DNA from: Carcharhinus amblyrhynchos
Taxonomy: Eukaryota
DNA length: 64,000 nucleotides
NCBI GenBank assembly: GCA_965287045.1
Contig: OZ336873.1
Coordinates: forward strand, 55,986,001 to 56,050,000
Direction of reading: 5' to 3'
Shown: piece by piece, positions 1 through 10,980 of the stretch
How positions within the stretch are numbered: the stretch's first letter is position 1
Layout of the letters: each line of letters begins with the position of its first letter
The notes under the pieces: model-generated
The model's input: the letters and a program-made list of their open reading frames with translations, nothing else
The model's database searches: none
What the model was told of the DNA's origin: nothing
Position numbers and translations under genes: made by a program

Positions 1-162
1 GGAGATGCCGGCGTTGGACTGGGGTAAACACAGTAAGAACTCTCACAACACCAGGCTAAGGTCCAACAGGTTTATTTGCCAAATAAATGATTATTTGCCA
101 GATAAATAAATATTTGCCAAATAAATCTGTTGGACTTTAACGTGGTGTTGTGAGATTTCTTA
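1..162. mobile_element. Short fold-back (palindromic) Penelope-like terminal-repeat fragment
   Basis: gtaagaactctcacaacaccaggctaaggtccaacaggtttatttg (~33-78) is the imperfect reverse complement of caaataaatctgttggactttaacgtggtgttgtgagatttcttac (~118-162). The same motif ends the Penelope element near 10820-10900. Confidence 0.7.
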
Positions 163-1244
163 CGGAATTAAAGCCGCAGATCCTGGCGCGGGATTGTGTT
201 TGGCAGCAGTGACCTCGATTCAGATTCCGGTCCGAATGTATCAGACAGGGAGCACCAACCAGTCGGCAAGAACATTGGGTTCTACTCGGGTTTTTCTGTA
301 AGAATCATTGAGGTATTAAACGTTGTGTATTCGTTTGAAAAATGACACACTTCCAATATTTAATGTTTCCAAACGTATTTTGTTTTACTGATTAACGTTA
401 AGACGAGTGAAATCAAAATACCTCCGATATCGAAATTGGCTCCAGGCAAGATATAGTTATATGTATAGATTAAAACCTGTGAGTTACCATTGACTACACA
501 ACATTTCAATGTCAAGGTTTTAGATCGTGCATCTTTCACCAAAACATCTTTCTGGGGGCGGGATGCGAATGTTGGAATATTTTGCAAGCCAGGATAATTT
601 TTGATGATTATATATCGCTATGCAGATCACAACACCCAGGAACTAATTCCAGAGATAAAAACAGGCCATGTTTGGTAAACTCAGCTGGTTTGACTGAGTT
701 TTCATTTCAGATTTCCAGCATCCGCAATATTTTGCTTTTATTTGACTGGGTAGTTTGCCCTTCTGCAATTTTACTCGATCTGCTGAGCGCATTTTGTCTG
801 GAGAAGATTCTGCTTCGAACAGTCCAAAGTTACAATTTTCTGATCTGAACCGCTCTATCTATCTGTCCACTCTATCGGTCTTCTAGCTCAACATCCTTCT
901 GTTCATGGGGACTGTATACAGAAGTAATGAATTACATATACCAGGTTTATAGAAATGTTCGGTGGTATCCATTCCCCTCTTTACCAGTTGTGAATGCATC
1001 ATAGAAAGTCCAGTTGGCGCACCCCAGAAGTTCAAACAAGGGCATCGGTCACTTGAACTGTCCTGTGAAGTCCACGACCCAGGGTTGGAAAGATCAAAAC
1101 CCTCCTTCTCAGTGGGTTGTAGGATTCCATTATGGAAAGACCTTGGAATTTCAAACAAGTTACTAATGGACACAACTACAACTTATAAACCTTTATCCTA
1201 GGAACAGGGTCCCATTCATCCCGACTCATTGTGCTCTGGCAACC

Positions 1245-1545
1245 TTGGTGATAGTGATTGGCACTGCTATCTCACGACGCTAGGGAGCCGGGTTCAATTC
1301 CGGCCTCGGGTCGGTGTGGAGTTTGCACGTTCTCCCCTTATCTGCGTGGGTTTCCTCCCAATGCTCCGGTTCCCTCCCACCGTCCAAACATGTGCTGATT
1401 CGATGGATTAGCCATGCTAAATTGCTCCTTAACGTTAGCAGGATGAACACGTAAGGTTAGGGGGATGAAAGGTGAGGGCCTTTGTGCGATTGTTGTCGGT
1501 GCAGATTCGATGGGCCAAATACTGTAGGTATTCTATGATTCTGCC
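1245..1545 (+). mobile_element. tRNA-derived V-SINE (HE1-like)
   Basis: B-box-like gggttcaattcc, V-domain core gtgtggagtttgcacgttctcccc...tctgcgtgggtttcctcc, and CR1-type tail gatgggccaaat...ttctatgattct. Confidence 0.8.
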
Positions 1546-2389
1546 TGATCTCTAACTTAACTCCATTTGTCCGACTTAATTCATTCTTAGCAAAAATCAT
1601 CCCGTCGCAAATTTAATGCAATGACGTAAAGAAAGTGTTACATCTGCAATTTCGAGAATGGGCGGAAAAGGAATCTGATTTCGGAAATACTTGTTGCAGT
1701 ACTGGGGGAATTTTCACCTACATTTATTATGAAGGCACTGAGAGTAAGGGTTCAGAAAAGATTTGTTGGAGATTTATCAGAGTCAAGGGACTTAGGTTAC
1801 GTGCAGAGACTGAAGAAGCTACGGTTGTTCTCTTTCGATCTGATTGTTTTAAGAGGAGGCCAATTTTGATAAAGTCAGTAAGCAGAAAGTGTTCTCAGTG
1901 ACCCAAGGGTCGGCAACCAGAATGTGTTTGGCAAAAGAACGCAAGGATTCTGATCTTTGAGTGAAACGTGATTACAGTCTAGTCCCTGTTATTGTTACCA
2001 TGTTGTTCAGCTTAAATCGCGAGAAATGAGTGTAGGGATCCCGATTGATTATCGCTTCCTGGTTAGATCAACTAACTCGGCAGACCGCGCATTTCGAAAC
2101 GGCCCTCAACAACCTGAAATGCCGTGAATAACCGCTCTTACTTTCCTCAAAATCTTCTTCTTGCAATCACCTTTGCGGAGGAAGTGGGGGGGGGGGGGGG
2201 TTGATGTGTTACTCCGTGCAGTTCTCGCCTCGCACGCCGCCAATATTCCTTTCTCTTTGATGTAAATTAAATGATCTTTGAAGTTTTGTAAATGATTTGA
2301 CCTGGGAGGTATTAAGATTGCTTACATTGTTCAGTTGTGACACCATTGTGGCGAGAAAGAACCAGACCCTGACATTCCATTACAACATC

Positions 2390-2600
2390 AATGCAAAATA
2401 CTGCAGAGGCTGGACATTTGAAATACAAACAGAAAATATCGGGAATGTTCAGAGTTCGGGCAACATCTGTGTAGAGAAACTGAGTTAACGTTTCGGATCA
2501 TTTCATCATCAACAAGAAAGCTTAACTTTGTTTCCCTCCACAGAGAGAACTGACCTGATGAGGTTATTTCGTGTATTTGCATTGCTTAATTTCAAAATGA
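2390..2600. repeat. Degenerate hairpin repeat (aaaatactgc...cagcatctgtggagag family, probably Penelope-associated)
   Basis: Same family as the clearer palindrome at 34880-35077 and the copies near 580-860 and 45045-45160. Confidence 0.55.
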
Positions 2601-2749
2601 AAATATCCACTATGCATCGAGGTCAGTGGAAGACAATCTAGTGCTCTGTAAAAAGAATTCGTTAAAACCAGCTTTTCCTCCAGTGATAAAAAAATCAATT
2701 TGCATATATGGCGCTGAGCTGAAATCCTCCCGTTTACAATCACACTTAC

Positions 2750-3055
2750 CGTACACAGTAAGCTGGGTGCCAGTTCCATTTTCATTAGATTTTTCTAGAT
2801 ATTTCACTTTACAATAATACACTCCGGAATCTGCAAAAGTCACATTCAGCAATTCAAGCGAACTACTTCCCTTGTCCGCAACAAATCGCTTTCTGCTGTC
2901 TGGTTCGAGAAAGGATTGCTCTCCATGTCTCCACCAACGAAGATCGGGCACATCTTGAAATAAGGGAAATGTGCAGAGCATGGAAGCATTCGCGCCTCTG
3001 CTCACATTCAAGTATTCAGGGATCTGAACCACTTTGTTCCAAGTTACTCTGGCGG
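2750..3055 (-). CDS. Gene A exon 2: Ig V-set domain with J-like G strand (SIRP-like/VJ-type IgSF receptor)
   Basis: Acceptor ttcctgacAG|CC and donor TACG|GTAAG; 306 nt, phase 1-1. Encodes AARVTWNKVVQIPEYLNVSRGANASMLCTFP..LRWW..DSGVYYC..NGTGTQLTVY with canonical Cys, Trp and DxGxYxC. The following C1 exon would lie beyond position 1. Confidence 0.93.
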
Positions 3056-3240
3056 CTGTCAGGAAATAACAAAGGCGGTGATATAACAGATAAAGAACAA
3101 TAAATGAGAGAAGTAAATTATAAAAACAAGTAATCGAATGAGAGAAGCAGTGTCCAATTTTACAGTGGGTAACAGCTTTAGAGACTTTTAAATTCGGATT
3201 TGTTATTGTGAAACCGGTAGCATCTAATAACTAAATGTAC

Positions 3241-3289
3241 CTGGCCAAAACACGCCCAGAAGAGCCATGTAGTGAACATGTATCGACAT
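3241..3289 (-). CDS. Gene A exon 1: signal peptide
   Basis: ATG at 3289, MSIHVHYMALLGVFWP plus 1 nt, donor CAG|GTAC at 3240. Phase 1 matches the V exon; homologous to the gene B leader. Confidence 0.85.
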
Positions 3290-3777
3290 GTTGCATTTCG
3301 TTGGCTACTTACTGCAAATGACAATGCTATCTACGATGGTTTGCGTAAGTAAGAGATTTCATCGTTAAATGTACGAAACGTGTGACCATGACATGAAAGA
3401 TCACATGAATGAAACAGCGTATTGTATTCGTTTACATTGGGGTTGGGGGGCGGGAGGTCGCGGTAGAAGCTGACGTCGTAACTGCCGCCGGAAGGCTATC
3501 ACTTAAAGATCAATTTTTTGCGGCCACGTTCGGAACACTTCGTCCCCGATTTTCTTTGTCAATACCAGACTTTGATTCTTCACTTAATCCTGAAAATAAT
3601 GATGCCCGCTGCGGGCGGCCTTCCAGCACTTCATCTGAGATATTCTTCTTCCTGTAGGAGCACAAAGTCCGCAAATATTTAGACCTGAGTACTTTGAACT
3701 TCCAGCCATCTGACTTGTAGCAGAATCATTGGACAACCATTCAGATTAACAATCTCTCTATATTAGTTGCACTCCAC

Positions 3778-3814
3778 TCACCTGATGAAGGAAGAGAGCT
3801 CCGAAAGCTCGTGA
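3778..3814 (+). ncRNA. Minimal type I hammerhead ribozyme motif within a Penelope-like terminal repeat (repeat extends to ~3863)
   Basis: tcac-CTGATGA-aggaagagagctcc-GAAA-gctc-gtga: stem I TCAC/GTGA, conserved core boxes, imperfect stem II, palindromic AGCT stem III, CUC cleavage triplet. Confidence 0.65.
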
Positions 3815-5387
3815 TACCAAATAAACCTGCTGGACTTTAGCCTGGTATTGTGAGACTTATTACATTAATTCCAAAGTTGTTGAGGCCACGTTTAACCTCA
3901 TAGAGCCAGACATGAAATCTTAGCCCTATATCTACATGTTTCCATTTTACAGTCCAGCAGATCTGATGCGCAACAAGTGACTGTCGTGGGAATAACAATA
4001 GCAAAATACCACGGATACCAGAAACCTGGAAAAAGAAACCCAGAAAGCGCTGTAAACAACTCAGCAGGCTTCTCAGTACCTGCAGAGGGAGCAAACCAGT
4101 TAAAATTTCGAGTCGAATATAACTTTATTCGGAAGGAAGGAATTTTTGCGGTGTGTTGGGTGATTTCCGCAGATGGAATTGCCAGGAGAAGAAAACTAAA
4201 TCAACCCTCGTCAAGCTGGTTGCAAAGGGGAAAGACATCTCAATAAAAGTAAGGCCGATTATTCGCAACGTTGAGTTTGTGATGGGTTGCAGTTTTCAAA
4301 TCCGCTCTTTTGTCGAGTTCGTTGATTTGAATCAGGGGAGAAATTCAACCAGGAATCCTGTTCCTCGCTGCCGCCCATTGCAGCTGCAGGCTTGGTAAGA
4401 ACAGGATGAGACTAGACTGTAACTAACTTCCATCTGTCCACCCGAAACCTCTGGTCGTTTTGCCAATCACCTTAAATCTGTGTTCTATTTCCCGATGTGT
4501 GTGTTACTGGGAACACTTCTTACTTATTTTATCAAAATTGTTCATAACTTAAAGGTCGCAATGCAGCCTCGTTTTAACCTTCTGGACTCTCAGGAAAACG
4601 ACCATAGCTTCTCCGGCTTTTCCAACTAATCCCAATCCCCAACTTTGGCAAATCTTCAACAAATCTGCGCCATTTCTAAATCCCCGACGAGCAGAGTTGT
4701 CCAACTCAAGCTGAACTGGTAGTTTATGAAGGTTTAAAATAGCTTCCTAACTGCATTCTTCTCGCTGTTAAAGAAGTCCCGTGTTCTCAGCAGCTTCCTC
4801 ATTTGTTCCGAAACCTTCAAATATCGCATATTCACCCCGAGATCTTTACTTTCGTTGAAATCTCCTTTCTCTCTGCAATCAGTAAAATGCGATTATCTCA
4901 GTTTCTCCTCATAGTTCTATATTTACAGAGGATAGCAAAGGTGACAGATCTTTAGTAAATATAAATGTAAGTGAGCTGACATCTGAGCTAATTAGATGCG
5001 GGTTAGCCATACAATTACTTCTGTTATTTGGTGACAGTGAATGCAAATTCAATCTTGCCGTGAGACATATAATAACGAAATGGAATAGATAGTATTTCTA
5101 TTTACTCCAGTCTGTTCTAAAGGAGGGAACTCTTGGTAGCAGCTTGATTAGCGAAGAACAATTGTCCGCCTCAACTATCCTCCCTTACTGAATCCAATAT
5201 TTGCCCAACGCTTCGCCCCTATAGAGGAAGCTGCTATCCCGCGGGGATTTACAAGGAACAACTAAAATAAAAAAAAGAATCATGATGGTCAACATTGAAA
5301 CAGCTCCAGAACGCCAAGCTCAAGAATGTCATAATTGTTTGTGATCCTTCTCGTGACTGCTCCTGAATTTTTCAAAGGGAAGAAAGC

Positions 5388-5710
5388 GGCGGCACGGTGG
5401 CACAGTCCCTCTACTTACTAACCCACTGCTGCCTCACAGCGCCAGGGACCCGGGTTCGATTTCAGCCTTGGGTGACTGTGTGAAGTTTGCACATTCTCTC
5501 GATGTCTGCGTGGGTGTCCTCCAGGGGCTCCAGTTTCCTCTCACAGTTCAAAGTTTAGGTGGACTGGCCCTTAGTGCCCCAAGTGTGAAATTTAGGGTAA
5601 TTGTGTGGGGTTACAGAGATGGGGACGGGGTTGTTTGGCAAAATGCTCTGTCGGAGATTCGGTGCCGATTCGATGGGCAAAACGGCCTTCTACCGGATTG
5701 TAGGGATTCC
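5388..5710 (+). mobile_element. V-SINE (HE1-like)
   Basis: ggcggcacggtggcacagt...actgctgcctcacagcgccagggacccgggttcgat head, V-domain core and gatgggcaaaacggccttc tail. Confidence 0.85.
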
Positions 5711-6454
5711 AAAACTGCTGCATGACACTTTCCATTAGAAGCGCCTGCAGTGGTGAGTAAACCATAAGAATGTGTCACAGACTAAAATTTTTAATTGAAC
5801 AGAACTAGAATCATGAAAACAAAATTGATGAATGTTGGAAACATGAAATTAAATATCAAATATTCGAAATGGAATTCAGAGGTCCCGGCTTCTGTGGAAA
5901 AAGTCAGGAGTCACAGAGAGACTGATGTACTCCTGCAGATTGAATCATATGGCCTTATCCATGTAAGGTGAAATGACATTGGAACAAGAGTCGCGCTCTT
6001 TCGCCCCTATAGAGGCAGTGAATGGGAGAATCAGAGGAGGGAAGCGGTGAATGGGAGGGGGTGAGAGGGAAGCAGCTAATGGGAAGGTTAGGGCAGCGAG
6101 CGGGAAGTTTGGGAGAGGGAAGTGGCGAGTGGGAGTTTCAGCAAGTGGGAAGTTTAAGAGAGGTGGTGAGCAGATGGGTCGGGAAAGGCGATAAGAGATG
6201 AGAGTGGTGGTGAGCGGAAGCTTCGAGAAAGCAGCAAGCATGAGAAAGGTAATGGGGTCAGTAATTTATGTGGAGTTAACAAGTTAGTTGGAGTATTTTT
6301 TTGCCAGCTAGCTTTAAAGTAGCACATAGAATCTTTCAATCAGCTCTATATAACAATGCTGAGTCTCTTAGAGAGAGATGGCATTTGGATTTATTTGACG
6401 ATGGTAAACAAACGTGTCAACCTAAGCTCATTAGTAGTACTTCAATTCTTGGCT

Positions 6455-6690
6455 TGGATCGCTGTCTGTGGAGTTTCCATGTTCTCCTTGTGTCTGCGTG
6501 GATTTTCTCCGGGTGCTCCCATTTCTTGCCACAGTCCAAAGATGCTCAGGTAAGGTGCATTGACCATGCTAAATTCTCTCTCAGTGTAACCAAACAGGCG
6601 CCGGAGTGTGGCGACAAGGGGATTTTCACAGTAATTTGATTGCAGTGTTAATGCAAGCCTACTTGTGACACTAATAAATAAACTTTAACC
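6455..6690 (+). mobile_element. 5'-truncated V-SINE with alternative 3' tail
   Basis: V-domain core followed by ...gcctacttgtgacactaataaataaactt instead of the CR1-type tail. Confidence 0.75.
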
Positions 6691-7869
6691 TTAACACTTT
6701 CTCCATGCGCCAAAGGTGATGGGCTCTATTCCCACTCCAATAAGATCAACACAAATTCTAGCAGCACTGATGAAGAACTGCTTGACAGATGATGAACTAT
6801 TTTGGAAGAGACGTTAGAACAGGACTCCCCCAGTCTCCAACGGTGCATGTAAATAATGCCGAAAGACAATTGGAATAAGTGCAGACTTCCATGCAATATT
6901 TATCATTTGTCCCTTAAAAGTAATTGGCCTGACTTTTTCGGTCCTTGCTCCTGCAAGTGAAGGCGGAAAATGTGGCGCTCAGCCAAATGCCATTAACTGC
7001 AGCAAAACCAGAGAATCCCGCTGGCATGAATGCCGGAAAATATCTCTTATTTATCCGTGTTGTTTGGGGGACTCTGTTTTGCTCAAATTGTTGTCTATTT
7101 CCAAAAACAGTGACTGCATTTTGAAATGTACATCATTAGTTAAAACGCTCTGGGAGATTTGTATAGCTTGTATAGACTTGCTTTCTTTTCTTGAAGGTGC
7201 CAGTCGCACCTGCGGATTCCCTGATCCGTTGCAGCGATCAAAGATTTGGTTCAGTGCCAAATTCTCCTTCCTATCTGCCGCAGGGCGAGAACAGCCGGAA
7301 AATTACGATCACGCGGCCTCTGTACGCGATGCATATTTTTCTAATGGGCTTGATGTGGAAAACAAACTCCACCAATTTAACTAGAATTGTTGTAAGTAAA
7401 CGGCTGGGCATTTTGCTGCACTGTGAAGGATTAGATCAGATATATCTATAGTACTAAAAAGGGATATGTTGTTGAAGCTTTTTCTTTTGTACTGATCAGG
7501 CAAAATGCAAGAATATCATATTTCAAACCAGCAGAAAAAATTACGCCACAGGAGATTGCTTTACAAGTCAACTCTGATTGGCCAAAATATTGCCATGAAG
7601 AAAGCAACTGGGAACTATAGGTGCTGCAAGCTTCCAGGCAATTCAGAAAGATGCAGAGCATGTTCATTTTGTTTGCAGAGAACCGGGCCCTGAATTTGAA
7701 CGGAGGTTATAAGTAGTATGTGTAAAACAGCCATGTTACTAACTTGACTAATTACTTTATTTGGTTGTTAGTATATATAGCACAGCCACAATTGTTCAGC
7801 AAGTATTGCCAAGTCACAAAATCACATCTAACAGTAGATGTTTGGTTTGGATTTTGCAACCATGGCCTG

Positions 7870-8782
7870 TAGACCATAAAGACCACAGGATATGGGAGCA
7901 GAATTAGGCCATTCAGTCCGTCAAGTCTGCGCTATCATTTGATCATGACTGATACGTTTCACAACCCCATTCTCCCACCTTTCCCCTCAACCTTTGATTC
8001 CATTAACAATCAAGAACTTATCTTCTCTGTCTTAAATAAACTCAATGAGCTGGCCTCCAAAGCTTTCTGTGGCAATATATTCCACGGATTCACCATCCTC
8101 TGACTAAAGAAATTCCTCCTCATCTTTGTTGTAAAGGGTTGTCTCTTTATTCTGAGACTGTGCCTTTGGATCCTAGTTTTTCCTACTAATGGAAACATCT
8201 TCTCCACATCCATCCTATCCAGGCCTTTCAGTATTCTATAATTTTCAATGAGATTCCCCTTCATCCTTCTAAACTTCATTGAGTACAGACCAGAGTGCTC
8301 AAATGCTCCTCATACTTCAAGACTTTCATTCCCAGGATCAAACTCATGAACCTCCTCTGGACCATCTCCAAAGTCAACACATCCTTCCTTAGATACAGGG
8401 CCCAAAATTGCTCACAGTATTTCAAATGTGACCTGACCGGAGTCTTATAAAGCCCCAGCAATGCGTCCCTGCTTTTGTGTTCCAGTCCTGTTGCTAACAT
8501 TACATTTGCCTTTCTAATTATCAACTTAACCTGCAAGTTAGCCTTATGAGAATCCTGAACTAGGATTCCCAAGTCCCTCTGTGCTTCTGAATCCTGAATG
8601 CTTTCCCCATTTAGAAAATAGTCTATGCCTCTGTTCCTTCTACCAAGGTGCATAACCTCACACTTTCCCACATTGTATTCTGTTCGCCATTTCTTTGTCT
8701 ACTCTCCTAACCTGTCCAAGCCTTTCAGCAGTCTCTCTGTCTCTTCAATACTACCTGTATCTCCACCTAAATTTGTATCATA
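7870..8782 (-). mobile_element. Older CR1 LINE, 3' part of ORF2 (frameshifted)
   Basis: ORF fragments GKCEVMHLGRRN..QRDLGILV..YCEQFWALYLRKD and RRMKGNLIENYRILKG..RRNFFSQRMVNPWN. Confidence 0.9.
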
Positions 8783-9093
8783 ATAAGAACATAAGAACAT
8801 AAAAAATAGGAGCAGGAGTAGGCCATCCAGCCCTTCGAGCCTGCCCCGCCATTCAATAAGATCATGGCTGATCTGTCGTGTCTCAGTTCCACATTCCCGC
8901 CCTCTCCCCATAACCCTTAATCCCCTCGCTTATCAAAAACCCATCAACCCGTGTCTTAAAAATATTTAGCGAGGTAGCCTCCACCACTTCAACGGGCAGA
9001 GAATTCCAGAGATTCACCACCCTTTGAGTGAAGAAGTTCTTCCTCAACTCCGTTCTAAACTGCCCCCCCTTTATCTTGAGGCTGTGCCCCCTC
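8783..9093 (-). mobile_element. Young CR1 3' fragment abutting the older CR1
   Basis: Nearly identical to 57005-57303; has a (ttcttatg)n-type tail and RGHSLKIKGGQFRTELRKNFFTQRVVNLWN. Confidence 0.9.
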
Positions 9094-9831
9094 TTTGCCA
9101 CAATGTTATTATCCATTATAGCTGAAAATAAAGCAGGCTGTACGCAAAGCTCGTTCTGGAATATTCTCAGAAAAACAGCGACATTTCTCTAAAATTAACT
9201 ATATTTTAACATTCAATCTGATTTCAAGATTTTTGGTTCGCATTTCAGTTTTCAGAGTCAGCACACCGGGGATCGCAAAACATATTTACAAATGTTTTGT
9301 TGAGAGATGCAAGGTTTCAAATTAATGTCTTAAGTTATTCTTCATCTCAACTTTGAATGAGTAACACAGGCATTGTGCAACTTGCAGGTCCTAAGATGGG
9401 CGCAGCATCTGACCACAAGAGTTTCCATTGTACCATGAGCAGAATCGCTGTGCAGTTCTTGCAATTTCCCATTAGCTTTACCTACCAGTGCACGTTGTGG
9501 TATCTAATGAGCTGACTGAAGAAATCAGCTATAAGCAGACACATTTTACACAGACATGTTGCAAAGATTCTCACTCAAGCAACAGCAATCGCGCATTACA
9601 AACCAAAATCTATGTCTTTGTAGTCTTCATCAGAATTGAACAAGTTATAAATAGGAAGAATTTACAAAGTCTAACAAATGGAAATAGGAGTTAAAGTCAC
9701 ACATAAAGACCAACCACACAGTCACACACATAGAACAAGTGATATTTATAATATGCCTCCAACGTAGTAAATTATCACAAGAACATTATCAAACACGTTT
9801 TAATACTGAGCAATGTTGGTGATTGGCAGAC

Positions 9832-10901
9832 TTTAAAGTCCAACTAGTTTATTTGATAGTAAATCCACAAGCTTTCAAAAACACTTTTCCTTTGTCAAGA
9901 GTGTGGAAAGTTCTGATCAGAGAAGGGCGTATAAAGGCACATACAGTTTACAGAATACTGATTAGAATGCGGGTCTTTACAGCTAAACTGCTATTCAAGT
10001 CTTAAAGATGCAGACAATGTGAATAGAGTTAGCATTAAGCATAGGTTAAAGAGATGTGTACTGTATCCAGGCAGGACAGTAAGTGAGATTTGCAAGTTCA
10101 GGCGAGTCATGGGGGTTAGAGATAGTGCGGCATGAATCCAAGATCTGGGTTGAGGTCATCAACATGTGTACGGAACTTGGTCATCAGTCTCTGCTCAGCA
10201 ACTGCACTGTCCTGTGTCATGAAGTCTGCCTTGGAGAACACTTACCCGTAGATCAGAAGCCGAATCCCGTGACTGCTGAAGTGTTCGCCAACAGGAAGGG
10301 AACAGTCTTGCCTGATGACGTGATGACAATGGATGAATGGACATCGCTCGACAATCACCGGACAAGACTGTTCCCTTCCTGTTGGCAAACACTTCAACAG
10401 CCACGGGCATTCGGCTTCTGATCTTCAGGTAAGCATTCTCCAAGGTGGCCTTCACGACACATGACAGCGCAGAGTCGCTGAGCAGAGGCTGATGACCAAG
10501 TTCCACACACATGAGGATGGCCTCAAACCGGATCTTGGGTTCATGCCACACTATCTGTAACCCCCATGACTTGCCTGAACTTGCAACATCTCACTGACCT
10601 GTCTGGAGACAATACACATCTCTTTAACCTATCCTTAATGCTACCTCCACTCACATTGCCTGCATCTTTAAGACTTGAATAGCAGTTTAGCTGTAAAGTC
10701 TTGCATTCTAATCAGTATTCTGTAAACTGTGTGTGCCTTTATATGCCCTTCTCTGATCAGAACTTTCCACACACCTGGTGAAGGAACAGTGTTTCCGAAA
10801 GTTTGTGGGTTTACTATCAAATAACCTGGTTGGACTCTAACCTGGTGTTGTGAGACGTCTTACTGTGTTTACCCCAGTCCAATGCCAGCATCTCCACATC
10901 A
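9832..10901. mobile_element. Penelope-like element arranged as a ~1 kb inverted duplication (GIY-YIG endonuclease C-terminus plus terminal repeat)
   Basis: + strand from ~10333 reads MNGHRSTITGQDCSLPVGKHFNSHGHSASDLQVSILQGGLHDT*QRRVAEQRLMTKFHTHEDGL..., typical of PLE GIY-YIG. ~9832-10315 is the reverse complement of ~10355-10840. Confidence 0.88.
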
Positions 10902-10980
10902 AGACTTTAAAGGACGACAGAGAGGAGGTTTGGGGATGGAATTCCAGAACTTAGGCCCTTTGCAGCTGGCATGACCACCA

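Noticed and set aside
60-130. Short direct repeats (tatttgcca.ataaa x3) resembling a CRISPR-like array
   Set aside because: Eukaryotic context, no unique spacers; a slippage product at the centre of a hairpin repeat.
962-1201. + strand ORF containing SLELSCEVH, superficially Ig-like
   Set aside because: No Trp or second Cys motif, antisense to the gene, and the frame is not preserved in the paralogous block.
2186-2200. Poly-G run in the gene A intron
   Set aside because: Simple homopolymer with no further evidence of function.
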